Origin: Dicyema japonicum
Lineage: Eukaryota; Animalia; Dicyemida
Length of the DNA stretch: 64,000 nt
Reading direction: 5' to 3'
Assembly: GCA_011109175.1 (NCBI GenBank)
Contig: RDEW01000003.1
Coordinates: 186,001-250,000, forward strand
The notes beneath the pieces were generated by a model. The model ran no database searches and was not told the DNA's origin. It saw nothing but the letters and a program-made list of their open reading frames with translations. The first letter of the stretch is position 1; each line of letters opens with the position of its first letter. The position numbers and the translations under genes are program-made. Positions 63,745 through 64,000 of this stretch are shown here, in pieces.

Positions 63745-64000
63745 ATTTAATAACTTTGTCATAAAGTTTAATAACTTTGTCAAAATACTTAATAACTTTG
63801 TCAAAATGTTTAATAACTTTGTCAAAATATTTAATAACTTTGTCAAAATATTTAATAACTTTGTCAAAATATTTAATAACTTTGTCAAAATATTTAATAA
63901 CTTGTCAAAATGTTTAATAATTTGTCAAAATACTTAATAACTTTGTCAAAATGTTTAATAATTTGTCAAAATATTTAATAACTTTGTCAAAATGTTTAAT
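63745..64000. repeat. 21-bp minisatellite, (TTTAATAACTTTGTCAAAATA)n, running off the end of the window
   Basis: About 12 near-identical units are directly visible, with variants ATG/ATA/TAC and small deletions. Confidence 0.95.

Noticed and set aside
63601-63937. ORFs with heptad-like repeats (TKLLNIL / NNFVKIF)
   Set aside because: They are a by-product of the 21-bp repeat. Later units contain frame-breaking deletions and there is no gene context.
63745-64000. CRISPR array
   Set aside because: The units are head-to-tail with no unique spacers, and the context is eukaryotic with no cas genes.

Overview
AT-rich nuclear DNA of an animal, not a prokaryote. The ORF track is fragmented because host genes are cut by very short spliceosomal introns, almost all 20-28 nt. 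Splicing by hand recovers separase (ESPL1, 25 introns, about 1,710 aa), a minimal ESCO/Eco1 acetyltransferase, IDH3 non-catalytic subunit (IDH3B-like), a RhoA-like GTPase, a glutaredoxin with a CPDC site, a damaged XPG/ERCC5 copy, a miniature protostome-type troponin T (116 aa), an alpha-actinin/alpha-spectrin-like rod plus EF-hand protein with no actin-binding head, and several orphan genes. The rest is nested, degraded transposable elements: hAT, pogo/Tigger, Tc1/IS630-like, RTE-, Jockey- and CRE-like non-LTR elements, Gypsy and Penelope remnants, and a tRNA-derived SINE family. The window ends in a 21-bp minisatellite. The intron architecture suggests a reduced parasitic metazoan (dicyemid/orthonectid- or myxozoan-like), but this is inference only. 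The most notable signals are the apparently length-defined tiny-intron system, including a probable GT-TG intron and stopless 3n introns, and the truncated contractile-apparatus proteins. All homology calls were made by eye, and transposable-element boundaries are approximate.
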